This document shows, in pieces, positions 40,176-51,047 of a stretch of DNA of 64,000 nt (its first letter is position 1; each line of letters begins with the position of its first letter). The position numbers and the translations under genes were made by a program. This stretch comes from Chlamydiota bacterium (lineage in GTDB: Bacteria; Chlamydiota; Chlamydiia; Chlamydiales; SM23-39), in NCBI GenBank assembly GCA_038534095.1, contig JBCAXK010000004.1:8397-72396 (forward strand), read 5' to 3'. The notes under the pieces are model-generated. The model had not been told where the DNA came from. It ran no database searches and was given only the letters and a program-made list of their open reading frames with translations.

Positions 40176-40459
40176 TCACAGGTTTCCAAACGTTTTTTCA
40201 AACGTGAAGAATCGGGTAGTCAAAGGAGTCGCTGCAGCCCTCAGACTCTCCTACGAAAAATGCCAAGTAGGGCAAGCGTTCATCTTGTCTCATATTCCTA
40301 AACGGAAAGTAGCTCACCCTCACTTATAGCAATATGTATTTTATTTCAGAAATAGAAAAGCGCAAAGCGTCAGCAAGTAAAAAATCTCTTCTTACCTTTT
40401 CATTGAAAAGAGTAGGGGCAAAATCTATAATGAAATGAAATTTGTATAGGGCAAAATTT

Positions 40460-42346
40460 ATGTGTGGCATCTTTGCTTATTTGGGCCCTGAAAACCCTTT
40501 AGCAACTTGCGTTAGAGGTCTAAAAGGCGTTGAAAGTCGTGGGTACGATTCTGCAGGAATAGCTGGATTCCTCAAACGGAGAGAAAAAAAACAGCCCAGA
40601 GGGAAAAAACATCGAGGAGAGATTTTCTTCTTTAAGCAAACAGGGAGCGTTGACGCGTTAGCTCGCAATATCCCCCCCGAAAAATTGGCCTTAGCGATTG
40701 GTCACACAAGATGGGCAACCCACGGAAAGCCTAATGATCGTAACGCGCATCCGCAGCTAGATGCTTCTAGCGAGCCTGCCATCGCCCTTGTGCACAATGG
40801 CGCGATTGATAATTATGCCCATTTGAAACATCTCTTGGAAAGAAAAGGGCGTCTATTCCGCTCAGACACCGATACAGAGGTCATCGTCCAACTCATCAAA
40901 GAGTATTACCGATCCAACCTGCTCGAGGCTTTTGCAAAAGCCTTAAAAGAGCTAGAGGGGTCTTTTGCGATCGTCGCAATCCATAAAGACCATCCCGATC
41001 AAATTTTAGCAGCAGCGAGAAGCTGCCCTCTTGCCATCGGATGGAACGCAGAAAAAAAAGAACATTTGATCTCTTCTGATCCCAATGCGTTTTTTAAACG
41101 GGGAGACCTTAAGGTCACTTTTTTAGAAAACGATCAAATCGCCGTTGTTCGTGAAGGGAGTTTGGAGGTGTTTGATCAGAACCTTGAAGCGATTTCCCAC
41201 AAACAGGTGCCTTTTTCAGCAAGGGACTTGCCCGAACCATCAAAAGAAGGCTTTGAGCACTACATGCTCAAAGAAATTTTCGATCAACCTGCTGTGATGG
41301 CAAATATGCTATCGAAACGGACAAAGCATTTCCCTTTTCTTGATGAGCTTGTTCCTTACACAAACGCATTTTCTGAGATCGATCAGATCACCTTACTTGG
41401 GTGCGGCACATCTTGGCACGCGGCTCTATTAGCCTCCTACTTAATCGAAGATGTCGCAAAAATTACAACAAGGGCTGAAATTGCTTCAGAATTTCGCTAC
41501 CGAAATCCTGTTCTTGGGAAAAATTCTCTTGTGGTAGCCATCAGCCAGTCTGGGGAAACAGCCGACACCATCGCAGCTTTACGAGCTGCCAAAATGCGGG
41601 GCGTTCGCACTCTCAGCATTTGTAATGTCAATTATTCCACACTTGTGCGGGAAGCGGATCACACGCTTTTATTGGAAGCGGGTCTTGAGATCAGCGTATG
41701 TTCGACAAAAGCGTTCACTTCACAGATGGCTATGCTCTCATTATTCTGTTTGCACTTGGCCAAAGTGCAATCGATCCCTGTTGCTGATGTGTGGAATCTC
41801 CGTTCTTTGCAATCGATCGCTCCTATGATGAAAAGCATTTTAGGCAAGAAGGAAGAGATTGCCCGGGTGGCAAGCCGGTACGCGCACTACAAAAAATTCA
41901 TTTTCCTTGGGAGAAACGCTATGTACCCCGCCTCATTAGAAGCGGCGTTAAAACTCATGGAAATTTCAGGGATTGTTGCCAACGGCTATCCTGCTGCCGA
42001 GCTAAAGCATGGCCCAATTGCTCTGATTGATGAAAGCTTTCCTGTCGTGGCTTTTTGCGCCAACAAGCAAACCCACGCAAAAATGGTGAACAATCTACTC
42101 GAAGTGAAGGCAAGAGGCGCCCCTATCCTCGCAATGACTTTTGAGGAGGATCAAGAAATTCCAAAGATCGCCGATGATACCATCCTTCTCCCAAGAGGAC
42201 TGGATGAGTGGTCGTTAGTCTTCGCCTCTACTACAGCTGCGCAGCTTTTGGCCTACGAAATTGCGAGAATTTACGGCCAAGAAACAGACTATCCTTACGA
42301 TATTGATAAACCGCGCAATTTAGCCAAATGCGTCACTGTGGAATAA
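40460..42346 (+). CDS. glmS: Glutamine-fructose-6-phosphate transaminase
   Basis: MCGIF, RGYDSAG, GHTRWATHG, HNG, SDTDTEV, SQSGETADT, ELKHGP, PRNLAKCVTVE. Confidence 0.96.
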   Translation: MCGIFAYLGPENPLATCVRGLKGVESRGYDSAGIAGFLKRREKKQPRGKKHRGEIFFFKQTGSVDALARNIPPEKLALAIGHTRWATHGKPNDRNAHPQLDASSEPAIALVHNGAIDNYAHLKHLLERKGRLFRSDTDTEVIVQLIKEYYRSNLLEAFAKALKELEGSFAIVAIHKDHPDQILAAARSCPLAIGWNAEKKEHLISSDPNAFFKRGDLKVTFLENDQIAVVREGSLEVFDQNLEAISHKQVPFSARDLPEPSKEGFEHYMLKEIFDQPAVMANMLSKRTKHFPFLDELVPYTNAFSEIDQITLLGCGTSWHAALLASYLIEDVAKITTRAEIASEFRYRNPVLGKNSLVVAISQSGETADTIAALRAAKMRGVRTLSICNVNYSTLVREADHTLLLEAGLEISVCSTKAFTSQMAMLSLFCLHLAKVQSIPVADVWNLRSLQSIAPMMKSILGKKEEIARVASRYAHYKKFIFLGRNAMYPASLEAALKLMEISGIVANGYPAAELKHGPIALIDESFPVVAFCANKQTHAKMVNNLLEVKARGAPILAMTFEEDQEIPKIADDTILLPRGLDEWSLVFASTTAAQLLAYEIARIYGQETDYPYDIDKPRNLAKCVTVE

Positions 42347-42354
42347 GCTCTTTT

Positions 42355-43764
42355 ATGAAACGGTTCGTTCGGTATAGTTTTCTACTTGCAATGATCTTCT
42401 GTATATCCCTCCTTTTTTTACCGAAATTATCGAGAACTTGGGTGGGGAAACAGCTCTTTTTGCGGATTATTTCCAATAAAGTGGGCACCGAGCTTTCTGT
42501 AGAAAGTTTTGATCTTGCCTGGTTTGGACCACAAAAATGCACCCAACTTGTGTGCAAACGGCCTGAGTTTGACCTGCAAATTGATGACTGCTCCTACCAT
42601 GTACCTCTATGGAAGCTTTGGAAAGCCTTCGATAAACTCCACCTTTGCCAAGTAGAAGGAACCCTTGATTTACAAAATGCCAGCTTAGCGATCGACCCTT
42701 TGGGTAGAGCAGAAACGTTGTTTGAGCACATTTACGCAAAAATCACAGAAAAAGTGCCCGATGTACATATCGATTTGGATTTTTATGCGCGCTCTAGAAA
42801 CGCTGCGAATATTGGAAAATGTTTCTTACACGGAACGGTTTCCTCCACCTCTTTTCATGAGCTCGTGATGGATTGGAGCGATTTATCTTGCGACTTACAG
42901 CTCAATATGAAACGCCTTCCCGTCTCTTTTTTTGATCTATTTTCTGAGGCGCCATCCCTTTTTCAAAGTATCTTTGGCAAATACCTTTCCTTAGAAGGTT
43001 CCCTCTTTTTGGATCACGGCCTAGGAGATATCAAATGTGACATAGCCTCTTCCAACCTAACAGCGACCCTAAACGGCCACCTTGAAAACGATCGACTCCT
43101 ATTGAACTCTCCATTACAGATCAAATTTTTTCCAAACAACCTACTAAGTTACCTACTTTTAGGAAAAGTGCACCCCTGTTTCTCATCCATCCTCTCGGCC
43201 GATGCGCCCATAAAAGTGGAGATCGACCGGGACGGTTTTTGTTTGCCTAAGAACTACCGAGATCTAAAAATCGCTAAGGGGAGATGTGATCTTGGTAAAC
43301 TCTATGCAAAAAATACCGGGATGCTCGCCTCGATCTTAACCATGATGAAAGAGGAATCATTATTTGGGGTGCAAAAAATGCATGTTTGGTTCACTCCACT
43401 CGAGTTTTCTGTGGAAAACGGCCTTGTTCAAACAAAACGGATGGACCTTCTTATAGGAGATACGTTCCACTGCTTTACTTGGGGGAATATCGACTATCTC
43501 AATGATCAGGTACATCTCACTCTTGCTGTCGAAGCTCCTATGTTAAAAAACTCGTTCGGTATCGAGCAGCTGCAAGAAGATTTCACGCTACTTTTCCCCA
43601 TAAAAGGACCAACAGACGGGCCAAGCATCGATGAAAAATTAGCAAGTGGAGCGATTGCTCGGCTGATTTTAGAAACAAGCGGCAACTTTTTAGGGAAAAA
43701 AAGCATGCTCTCTGATCGCCAAGAAACCATTCCAAAAGCCCGTCCTTTTCCTTGGAGAAATTAG
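42355..43764 (+). CDS. AsmA-like membrane-anchored hypothetical protein
   Basis: N-terminal TM followed by a beta-rich body ending in WGNID...FPIKGP..GP. Confidence 0.6.
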   Translation: MKRFVRYSFLLAMIFCISLLFLPKLSRTWVGKQLFLRIISNKVGTELSVESFDLAWFGPQKCTQLVCKRPEFDLQIDDCSYHVPLWKLWKAFDKLHLCQVEGTLDLQNASLAIDPLGRAETLFEHIYAKITEKVPDVHIDLDFYARSRNAANIGKCFLHGTVSSTSFHELVMDWSDLSCDLQLNMKRLPVSFFDLFSEAPSLFQSIFGKYLSLEGSLFLDHGLGDIKCDIASSNLTATLNGHLENDRLLLNSPLQIKFFPNNLLSYLLLGKVHPCFSSILSADAPIKVEIDRDGFCLPKNYRDLKIAKGRCDLGKLYAKNTGMLASILTMMKEESLFGVQKMHVWFTPLEFSVENGLVQTKRMDLLIGDTFHCFTWGNIDYLNDQVHLTLAVEAPMLKNSFGIEQLQEDFTLLFPIKGPTDGPSIDEKLASGAIARLILETSGNFLGKKSMLSDRQETIPKARPFPWRN

Positions 43765-43815
43765 GGACATTTCCAAGAGGTTCTGATCCAGCTTACAGCT
43801 TTCTAAGAGGCCTGT

Positions 43816-44862
43816 TTAGGCGATCGTGATCTTCGGGTCTCTGTAGACATCTTGAATGCTATGCAAGATCTTAATCCCTTCTTTCATCGGTTTTTGAAAC
43901 GCTTTTCTACCAGAAATCAGTCCCATGCCTCCAGCTCGTTTATTGATCACTGCTGTTTTTACCGCTTCTCTGAGGTCATTCTTTCCCGATGCGCCCCCAG
44001 AATTGATGAGACCAACCCTTCCCATAAAATTGTTCACGACTTGGTAGCGGCAAAGATCTACAGGGTGGTTACTGCATAAATTGGTGTACATCTCATCTGT
44101 GTACTTACCAAATTTGAGTGTAGGGTACCCCCCGTTATTCGTGGGGAGTTTTTGTTTGACAATATCCGCGCCAATCGTCGCTCCTAAATGGTTAGCTTGA
44201 CCTGTTAAATCGGCGGAGCTATGGAAATCTTTGTCCCCTGTTTTAAACGCTTTGTTCCGTATGTAACACCACAAAATAGTGGCCATGCCCAGATCGTGAG
44301 CCTGCTCAAACATTTGGGATACTTCCATAATTTGACGCCGGCAATCTTCTGAACCAAAATAGACTGTAGCTCCTACAGCAACGCATCCCATAGCGTAAGC
44401 CTGATCAATGGAAGCAAAAAGATTTTGATCATGAAGATTCGGAAAACTGAGCAGTTCATTATGATTGAACTTCAAAATGAAGGGAATTTTGTGCGCATAC
44501 TTTCTTGCAACTAGGCTCAAAACGCCCAATGTACTGGCAACGCCGCTACACCCCCCTTCTATCGCAAGCTTCACAATATTTTCTGGATCAAAGTAGATCG
44601 GATTTGGGGAAAAAGAGGCTCCTGCTGAATGCTCAATGCCCTGATCTACAGGAAGAATCGATAAGTACCCCGTATCCTGAAGGCGTCCATGAGAAAAAAG
44701 GGTTTGTAGTGAACGAAGGGTCCTACAAGAGCGGTCGGAATCCCCAAAAATATCGTCCACCCAGCCAGAATGAGGTAGATGAAGAGACTCTTTTGGCACC
44801 ACCGACCTGTGCTCTAAAAGGTCTTTTGCTTCATCACCTAATAATTCTTCTACATTTTTCAT
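43816..44862 (-). CDS. fbaB: Class I fructose-bisphosphate aldolase (DhnA type)
   Basis: [43 protein letters not shown]. Confidence 0.95.
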   Translation of the reverse strand: MKNVEELLGDEAKDLLEHRSVVPKESLHLPHSGWVDDIFGDSDRSCRTLRSLQTLFSHGRLQDTGYLSILPVDQGIEHSAGASFSPNPIYFDPENIVKLAIEGGCSGVASTLGVLSLVARKYAHKIPFILKFNHNELLSFPNLHDQNLFASIDQAYAMGCVAVGATVYFGSEDCRRQIMEVSQMFEQAHDLGMATILWCYIRNKAFKTGDKDFHSSADLTGQANHLGATIGADIVKQKLPTNNGGYPTLKFGKYTDEMYTNLCSNHPVDLCRYQVVNNFMGRVGLINSGGASGKNDLREAVKTAVINKRAGGMGLISGRKAFQKPMKEGIKILHSIQDVYRDPKITIA

Positions 44863-44907
44863 AACTGCCTCCAATCATCTTAAATTCACATTACAAAAGA
44901 AGCCGTT

Positions 44908-46224
44908 TTATTGCAGCATGTTATTCAAAAAAGCTTCGAGCATCTCTTGCCGACCCGAGTGGGGTTTTGGATCGAGTTTGTGCTGGTCTACAAGCTGCGC
45001 TACTTCTTCTAATGGGAGATTTTTTTCCAGAATTTCTTTCCCTAAAGAAGAGTGCCATTGCTGGTATCTTTGAGTAAGATAGGATTGTAAACATCCATTT
45101 TGTACCATTTTTTCTCCAATTTCCAGGCTTCTTGCTAGAGCGTCGATTCCAGCAATGTGCCCATAAAAAAGATCGGTTGTATCGATACTTTGCCTGCGCA
45201 CCTTAGCATCAAAATTGAATCCTCCAGACAGGCTTTTTCCCTCTCGTAATAAAAGATACATGATGTAAGAAAGTTCTGATAATTCCATCGGGAATTGATC
45301 GGTATCCCAGCCAAGTTGCGAATCTCCTCGGTTCGCATCAATCGAACCTAAAAGGTCGTGGGCAAGAGCGTAAGCTACTTCGTGCGCAAAGCTATGGCCT
45401 GCTAAAGTAGCATGGTTGGCTTCTAAATTGAGGGAAAATTCTTTTTCTAACCCATGCTTGAGGAGAAAGGCATGCACCGAGGCGCTATCGTGATCATACT
45501 GGTGTTTTGTTGGTTCACAGGGTTTGGGTTCAATCAGAAAAGCGCCTTTAAACCCAATTTTCTGCTTGTAGTTGCAAATCATGTGAAAAAACCTTGCCAT
45601 CTGCTCTGTCTCTTGCCGCATATTGGTGTTTAATAGGGTTTCATAGCCCTCTCTACCTCCCCAAAACACAAAGTTTTCACCCCCCATTTCATGGGTAATA
45701 TCGAGCGCGTTTTTTACCTGGGCAGCAGCTACGGCAAAGACTTCAGGATTTGGATTGGTAAATGCTCCTGCCATGTATCTTGGATGGGAGAAAAGATTCG
45801 CAGTTCCCCAAAGAACCTTAACGCCTGTTTCTGCCATTTTTTTCATGAGGTAATCCGCAGAGGTTTTTACTTCATAGAGCGTTTCTGCAAAAGTCTCCCT
45901 TTCAAAAGCAATATCTAAATCGTGAAAACAAAAATAATCGACACCAAGCTTTGTGAAAAACTCGAAGGCTGCGTCTGCTTTGTTACGCGCCTTGATTTGA
46001 GGAGAACTTCCCTCGTTCCAAGGTCTGTCTAAAGAAGGGCTCCCAAAGGGATCGCTACCAGGCCAGGTAAAGGTGTGCCAGTACGCAACAGACAACTTTA
46101 GCCATAGCCTCATAGGCTTGCCTAAAATCAGCTTTTGTGGATCGTAATAACGGTAACTTAAGGGATCTAAGCTTTTTGGCCCCTTATACGCAACTTTTTG
46201 TACCTTTGGAAAATACTCTCGCAT
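44908..46224 (-). CDS. xylA: Xylose isomerase (class II)
   Basis: AYWHTF, FCFHD, WGTANLF, WGGREGY, IEPKP.EPTKHQYD, EANHA, DANRGD..LGWDTDQFP, NFDAKVRR. Confidence 0.96.
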   Translation of the reverse strand: MREYFPKVQKVAYKGPKSLDPLSYRYYDPQKLILGKPMRLWLKLSVAYWHTFTWPGSDPFGSPSLDRPWNEGSSPQIKARNKADAAFEFFTKLGVDYFCFHDLDIAFERETFAETLYEVKTSADYLMKKMAETGVKVLWGTANLFSHPRYMAGAFTNPNPEVFAVAAAQVKNALDITHEMGGENFVFWGGREGYETLLNTNMRQETEQMARFFHMICNYKQKIGFKGAFLIEPKPCEPTKHQYDHDSASVHAFLLKHGLEKEFSLNLEANHATLAGHSFAHEVAYALAHDLLGSIDANRGDSQLGWDTDQFPMELSELSYIMYLLLREGKSLSGGFNFDAKVRRQSIDTTDLFYGHIAGIDALARSLEIGEKMVQNGCLQSYLTQRYQQWHSSLGKEILEKNLPLEEVAQLVDQHKLDPKPHSGRQEMLEAFLNNMLQ

Positions 46225-46373
46225 ACAAACTCCGAGTTTTTTTCATCATAAAAAACCTCTGTTTTTCTTCCACAAATTCTTGGTGTTTTCCTGAAAAATG
46301 TTTTTTGGACAAAGAGGTTATTTTGCGGTTTGACGATCTAGGAAAGGTGCGCGTTTTGTATGATCTTGGTGCT

Positions 46374-47849
46374 TTACGTCTCTTTCGTCCAACCTTCTAT
46401 TCTTCGTTCGGAAAACAGATCTTTTAGAGCAGGGTACAAGGCATTGAAAAGCGCTTCTTTTTTCTGATAATAGGTTTGGTGCTTTTGATTGGGGCGTAGG
46501 GCTTCATAGGAAGAGCCTTGGGGGAAGGCTTCTTCTAGAGAGCCTCCTAAAGCAGAAAAACGGGCTAATTTTGCCGCCCCGTAAGCCGCCCCAAAATGGG
46601 CCTGCTTGTGGATATACAGGGGCTTTTGCAAAACCGAGGCGATCACATTCAACCAAGAGCGGCTTTTGACGCCCCCACCTAAAAGGTGTATCACACCCAT
46701 TTTTGCTCCTGCGCGAAGGAGAGCATCTTGCCCATTTTTACAAGCAAATGCCGTACCTTCCATCACCGACTGGACAAGATCTCCCCTTGTTGTCTTGTTG
46801 GACAAGCCAAAAAACACCCCTTTTGCGTAAGGGTCGTTGTGGGGCGTTCTCTCTCCTGAAAGGTAGGGAAGAAAGATGGTGGAATGATCTGTAGGGGTTG
46901 TTGCTTCCTCTAAAAGAGCGTCGATGCTTGTAGAAAAAATCTTTTCCAAAAAAGAGAAACAGCTAGCAGAACTTAGGTGAACGCTCATCTGATGCCACTT
47001 TCCAGGCACTGCGTGGCAATAGGTATGAATCCCCTCTTGAGGCAAACTCTGAGCAGTATCCTTAGCGGTGAATAAGACGCCAGAGGTTCCCAAAGACAAA
47101 AACGCTGTTCCTTCAAATAGGCACCCTACGCTAAGACCGCTTGTGGCATTATCACTCCCGCCTGCGATCACAAGAGCCTTTTTAGAAAGCCCTAGCGCAT
47201 TTGCCACGTTTGGCAATAGCGTTCCTGTGAGATCGGGACCTTCAAATAGCTCAGGCATCTGCTTTTCTGACAGTCCGCAAGCACTTAGCATCTTAGGAGA
47301 CCAGGACCTTTTGCTGATATTGAGCCAAGAAGTACCAGAAGCATCGGACATGTCGGTAGCAAACGTTCCTGTAAGTAGATAACGCAGATAGTCTTTGGGT
47401 AAAAGCACCCGAGCGGTTTTTTGAAAAATCGCAGGTTCGTGCTTTTTCACCCAAAGTACTTTAGGCGCCGTGAATCCAGGCATGATGAGGTTAGCTGTGA
47501 TGGCTTGATGATCGGGCACTTGCTTTGCAATCTCGGCGCATTCGCAAACGGCGCGCCCATCATCCCATAACATCGCAGGGCGAAGGGATTTGCTCTCTCT
47601 ATCCAAAAGAACAGCTCCGTGCATCTGCCCTGTAAGACCAATGTGGGTAACCCCCTTTCTGAGCTTGGGAGACAATTGCAAAATCGCCTGTTTGGTCGCT
47701 TGCCACCAATCTTCTGGATTTTGCTCAGAGTAGAGCATCTTGGGTCTTTGTACTGTTAAAGGAGACCTGCTTTCACCTAAGACGCTACTATCTGGGCTTA
47801 AGAGGAGCATTTTTACGCTGGAAGTCCCAAGATCAATGCCAAGATACAT
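46374..47849 (-). CDS. xylB: Xylulokinase
   Basis: MYLGIDLGTS, GQMHG, PGFTAPK, LLPKDY, TDMSDASGT, FLPYLSGERTPHND; adjacent to xylA. Confidence 0.93.
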   Translation of the reverse strand: MYLGIDLGTSSVKMLLLSPDSSVLGESRSPLTVQRPKMLYSEQNPEDWWQATKQAILQLSPKLRKGVTHIGLTGQMHGAVLLDRESKSLRPAMLWDDGRAVCECAEIAKQVPDHQAITANLIMPGFTAPKVLWVKKHEPAIFQKTARVLLPKDYLRYLLTGTFATDMSDASGTSWLNISKRSWSPKMLSACGLSEKQMPELFEGPDLTGTLLPNVANALGLSKKALVIAGGSDNATSGLSVGCLFEGTAFLSLGTSGVLFTAKDTAQSLPQEGIHTYCHAVPGKWHQMSVHLSSASCFSFLEKIFSTSIDALLEEATTPTDHSTIFLPYLSGERTPHNDPYAKGVFFGLSNKTTRGDLVQSVMEGTAFACKNGQDALLRAGAKMGVIHLLGGGVKSRSWLNVIASVLQKPLYIHKQAHFGAAYGAAKLARFSALGGSLEEAFPQGSSYEALRPNQKHQTYYQKKEALFNALYPALKDLFSERRIEGWTKET

Positions 47850-47850
47850 A

Positions 47851-49251
47851 TTAAGTACGCCTTTTAGGGAAAAATTGCCCGCTGTAGAGTCTTTTTTCAA
47901 TTCTTTCTAAAGAAATTCCCTTGGTTTCTGGAACGTAAAAAAATACAAAGAAAAAGCCGAGTATGGTGATGAGAAAATAGAGAAAAAATGTGGCGGGCGT
48001 TCCAAGGAGATCCAAGATTGAAAGAAATGTAGCTGTGACAAGAAAATTCGCTATCCAATTGGTCGATGTCGAGATACTTGCTCCCAAAGCGCGGAAATGT
48101 AAAGGAAACACCTCGGACATCATCACCCACATGATCGGGCCAAGACCGATCGAAAACCCAAAAATGTAGAGCATCATCGTGATGAGACTCATGCTTTTTG
48201 TGAAAGAAAACGTGCTAAATAGGCTAGTAAAACTGAGGGACAGTCCTAAAAGCCCAAGTCCCATCAAAAAGATTCCGACTAACAATAGCACCCTCCTTCC
48301 CAAGGTATCGACCAGAAAAAGAGAGAAGCCTGTCGATAAAAATAAAACAGCGCCTACGCCCATTGTAGCTAAAATGGCTGAAGAATCACTCACAAATCCC
48401 GCTTTTTCAAAAATGGTTGGAGCAAAATAGATGATGGTGTTGATCCCTGTTACTTGTTGAATGAACGCAAGGCCTGTTCCTACAAAAAGGGCGGGGCGCA
48501 GCTTTTTTTTGAACAAAGCTCGCACAGTCCCCTTTTCGAGATGCATGTTGGCTTGAATTTGCTCAATTTCTCTTGTCGCCTCCAACGAAGTCTTCCGAAT
48601 TCTTTTGAGCACTCTTAGAGCTCTTGCTTTCTGTCCTGCAAAGACCATCCAACGGGGACTTGGAGGTAAGAACAGCATCCCTGCAAAAAAGAAGAGAGCA
48701 GGCAATACCCCAGCGAGCAGCATCGATCTCCAAGCGCTCTCATCCGCTAGGCTATAATCGACTACGTAGGAAAGTAGAATACCAAAATTGATCGCTAGCT
48801 GATTCAACGATACAAGCGCTCCACGATGCTTTGTGGGAGAGATTTCTGACACATAAAGGGGAGCTACGTAAGAGGAGATCCCGATTGCGATCCCCACAAT
48901 GAAGCGGGCAAAAATCAGCAGAGTCATATTCCAGGCTAGGCTAGATAGAATGGTCGCTAGACAAAAAAGGACAGCGTCCCAGAGAAGAACGACCTTTCTT
49001 CCAAAAAAGTCGGCTAGCTTACTACTAAAAAGGGAGCCTGTAAACGCTCCTAAAAGAACAACACTGATGACCATGCTAGTGTTTGTATGGGTAAGCGCAA
49101 ATTCCTCATTGATGAACAAAATAGCCCCTGAAATCACGCCTGTATCGTATCCAAACAAAATGCCAGCAAAAGCGGCAATCAAAGAAATCAGAACGAAAAA
49201 ATACTCTTTTGCAGCTTTGTGTTTTTTTCCAATGTTGACCGGTTTTCTCAT
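47851..49251 (-). CDS. Sugar porter family MFS transporter (XylE/GalP/AraE-like)
   Basis: LFGYDTGVISGA, D.FGRK, Y.SEISP..HRG, PPSPRW, QQVTGINTI.Y, SEVFP, PETKG.SLE. Confidence 0.92.
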   Translation of the reverse strand: MRKPVNIGKKHKAAKEYFFVLISLIAAFAGILFGYDTGVISGAILFINEEFALTHTNTSMVISVVLLGAFTGSLFSSKLADFFGRKVVLLWDAVLFCLATILSSLAWNMTLLIFARFIVGIAIGISSYVAPLYVSEISPTKHRGALVSLNQLAINFGILLSYVVDYSLADESAWRSMLLAGVLPALFFFAGMLFLPPSPRWMVFAGQKARALRVLKRIRKTSLEATREIEQIQANMHLEKGTVRALFKKKLRPALFVGTGLAFIQQVTGINTIIYFAPTIFEKAGFVSDSSAILATMGVGAVLFLSTGFSLFLVDTLGRRVLLLVGIFLMGLGLLGLSLSFTSLFSTFSFTKSMSLITMMLYIFGFSIGLGPIMWVMMSEVFPLHFRALGASISTSTNWIANFLVTATFLSILDLLGTPATFFLYFLITILGFFFVFFYVPETKGISLERIEKRLYSGQFFPKRRT

Positions 49252-49643
49252 CGCCTTTTCCAAATCATCGCGCAAAACAAGAGAGCTTTCCCTGCGGGAA
49301 GACAATGACGCCCATACCGAAGATAAGCTCCCTGATTGCAAGGGTTCTCTCTAATCGCAAATTCTTCTTTTTTAGATAGTAAGTCAAGAGAAATTTGTTG
49401 GCGTTTTTTCTCCTCCGTTTTACAAAACTGCGAACAATCTGGACCTTTGGATTGCGGAGGAATATGGAGGGGAATACAAGAAAAGAAGGCTCCCTTCTTG
49501 AGACGCACGCTGGTAAAAACAGGGCTATTTCTGACATGGCCAAGGTTGGCTAGGCCTGAAAACAACCTAGAAGATGAAGGGGCTTCTTACAAAAGCAAGG
49601 CAAAATACTGCCTTTACGAGGATGTTACCCCAAGGAAAAAATT

Positions 49644-51014
49644 TCAACCGACGACTGTTAGAGGCGAGTTGCTCGAAGCTTTTGCAAGAACCTTTCCGAC
49701 AAGATCGTACCCGTTCACATCGGTAATTTCTACCTCATACCTCTGATAAAGCGCATCTACAATTTCAAAATCATTGAGAATCACAATCCCGTCTACATCG
49801 GGAGCTTGTCCATAATACCTGCCACGTAAAAGGTAGGAAGACTCTTCGTGGTACCCCTCAACAATCACAGATAACCTTTTTCCAATAAGACGTTGATTAT
49901 TTTTCTGAGCGCTTTTTTCTTGCGCCTGCATCAACCGATGGTAACGCTCATTTTTGATCTCTTCTGGGAGATGCCCGCTGAGCTTATGGGAGTACGAACC
50001 TTTTTCCCGGGAATACATAAAGACGCCCGCGTGATGGAAATGCCCCTCTTCTACAAATGCAAGAAGCTCTGCAAACTCCTCTTCTGTTTCTCCGGGGAAC
50101 CCGACCATAAGACTTGTTCGGATCACGACACCGGGCAAATGTTTTTTGAGGGTTTCAATGGTGGTAAGAATGTCTTTTTTTGAGGTTTTTCGGTGCATTT
50201 TCCGAAGAATTCGGTCCGAAATATGTTGGATTGGCATATCGAGATAGCGGCAAATTCTTCGATCACTCGCCATGATCTCGATCAGCTCTTCATCAATTTC
50301 ATCGGGATATAAGTACAAAAAGCGGAGCCAATAATCCCCTTTTTCCTCTAGCATGGCCCGAACGAGGTGATGTAAGCCCTGTTTTTCTTTCCGATCTTTT
50401 CCATAATCGCCAAGATCTTGCGCAATCAAGATCACTTCCTCCACCCCATCTTGCAAAAGACTGCGAAACTCTTTTAAGACTCTTGCTTCTGTTTTGCTCC
50501 GAAGGGGTCCTTTGATATCGGGAATAATGCAAAAAGAGCACCTCTTTTTGCACCCCTCAGCAATTTTTATGTAGGCATAATTCTGGGGCGTGATCCGAAA
50601 TTCTGGCACCTCTCCTGAGGCCAAATAAGACCTGGCGTCTGATACCATTTGCCCTCTATTCCCTCGAACTGCGTCGATGATGTGCTCCACATCTCCAGAA
50701 CCAAGTAAGTAATGGACCCCTGGATACTCGGCTTCAATCACGTGACGATAATTTTGTACCATGCAGCCAGCAACCACGACTTTTGCCGAAGACTTTTTCG
50801 TAGCAAAAATCTCGCCTAGAACATCGAGCGCCTCTTGCCTAGATGCCTCCAAAAAACCGCACGTGTTGACGATTAAATAATCGGCCTTCTCCTCTTCACC
50901 TGTGATTTCGTAACCGTTTTTCAAAAGTTTTGCGATCATTTCTTCACTGTCCACGAGGTTTCTTGCGCACCCTAAAGAGGTGAAATGGAATTTATTGCGT
51001 CTTATTCGGAGCAT
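49644..51014 (-). CDS. rimO: Ribosomal protein S12 methylthiotransferase
   Basis: SLGCARNLVDSE, NTCGFL, KIAEGCKKRCSFCIIP, YLYPD, C-terminal TRAM APDVDG. Confidence 0.94.
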   Translation of the reverse strand: MLRIRRNKFHFTSLGCARNLVDSEEMIAKLLKNGYEITGEEEKADYLIVNTCGFLEASRQEALDVLGEIFATKKSSAKVVVAGCMVQNYRHVIEAEYPGVHYLLGSGDVEHIIDAVRGNRGQMVSDARSYLASGEVPEFRITPQNYAYIKIAEGCKKRCSFCIIPDIKGPLRSKTEARVLKEFRSLLQDGVEEVILIAQDLGDYGKDRKEKQGLHHLVRAMLEEKGDYWLRFLYLYPDEIDEELIEIMASDRRICRYLDMPIQHISDRILRKMHRKTSKKDILTTIETLKKHLPGVVIRTSLMVGFPGETEEEFAELLAFVEEGHFHHAGVFMYSREKGSYSHKLSGHLPEEIKNERYHRLMQAQEKSAQKNNQRLIGKRLSVIVEGYHEESSYLLRGRYYGQAPDVDGIVILNDFEIVDALYQRYEVEITDVNGYDLVGKVLAKASSNSPLTVVG

Positions 51015-51047
51015 ATTTACACTAAATTGGATTGGAAAGTGCTTATT

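Noticed and set aside
40176..40459. Possible glmS ribozyme upstream of glmS
   Set aside because: The conserved AGCGCC cleavage-site and GACGAGG core sequences are not present
49248..49746. Several overlapping short ORFs between the sugar porter and rimO
   Set aside because: They overlap each other and real genes, lack motifs and are probably spurious
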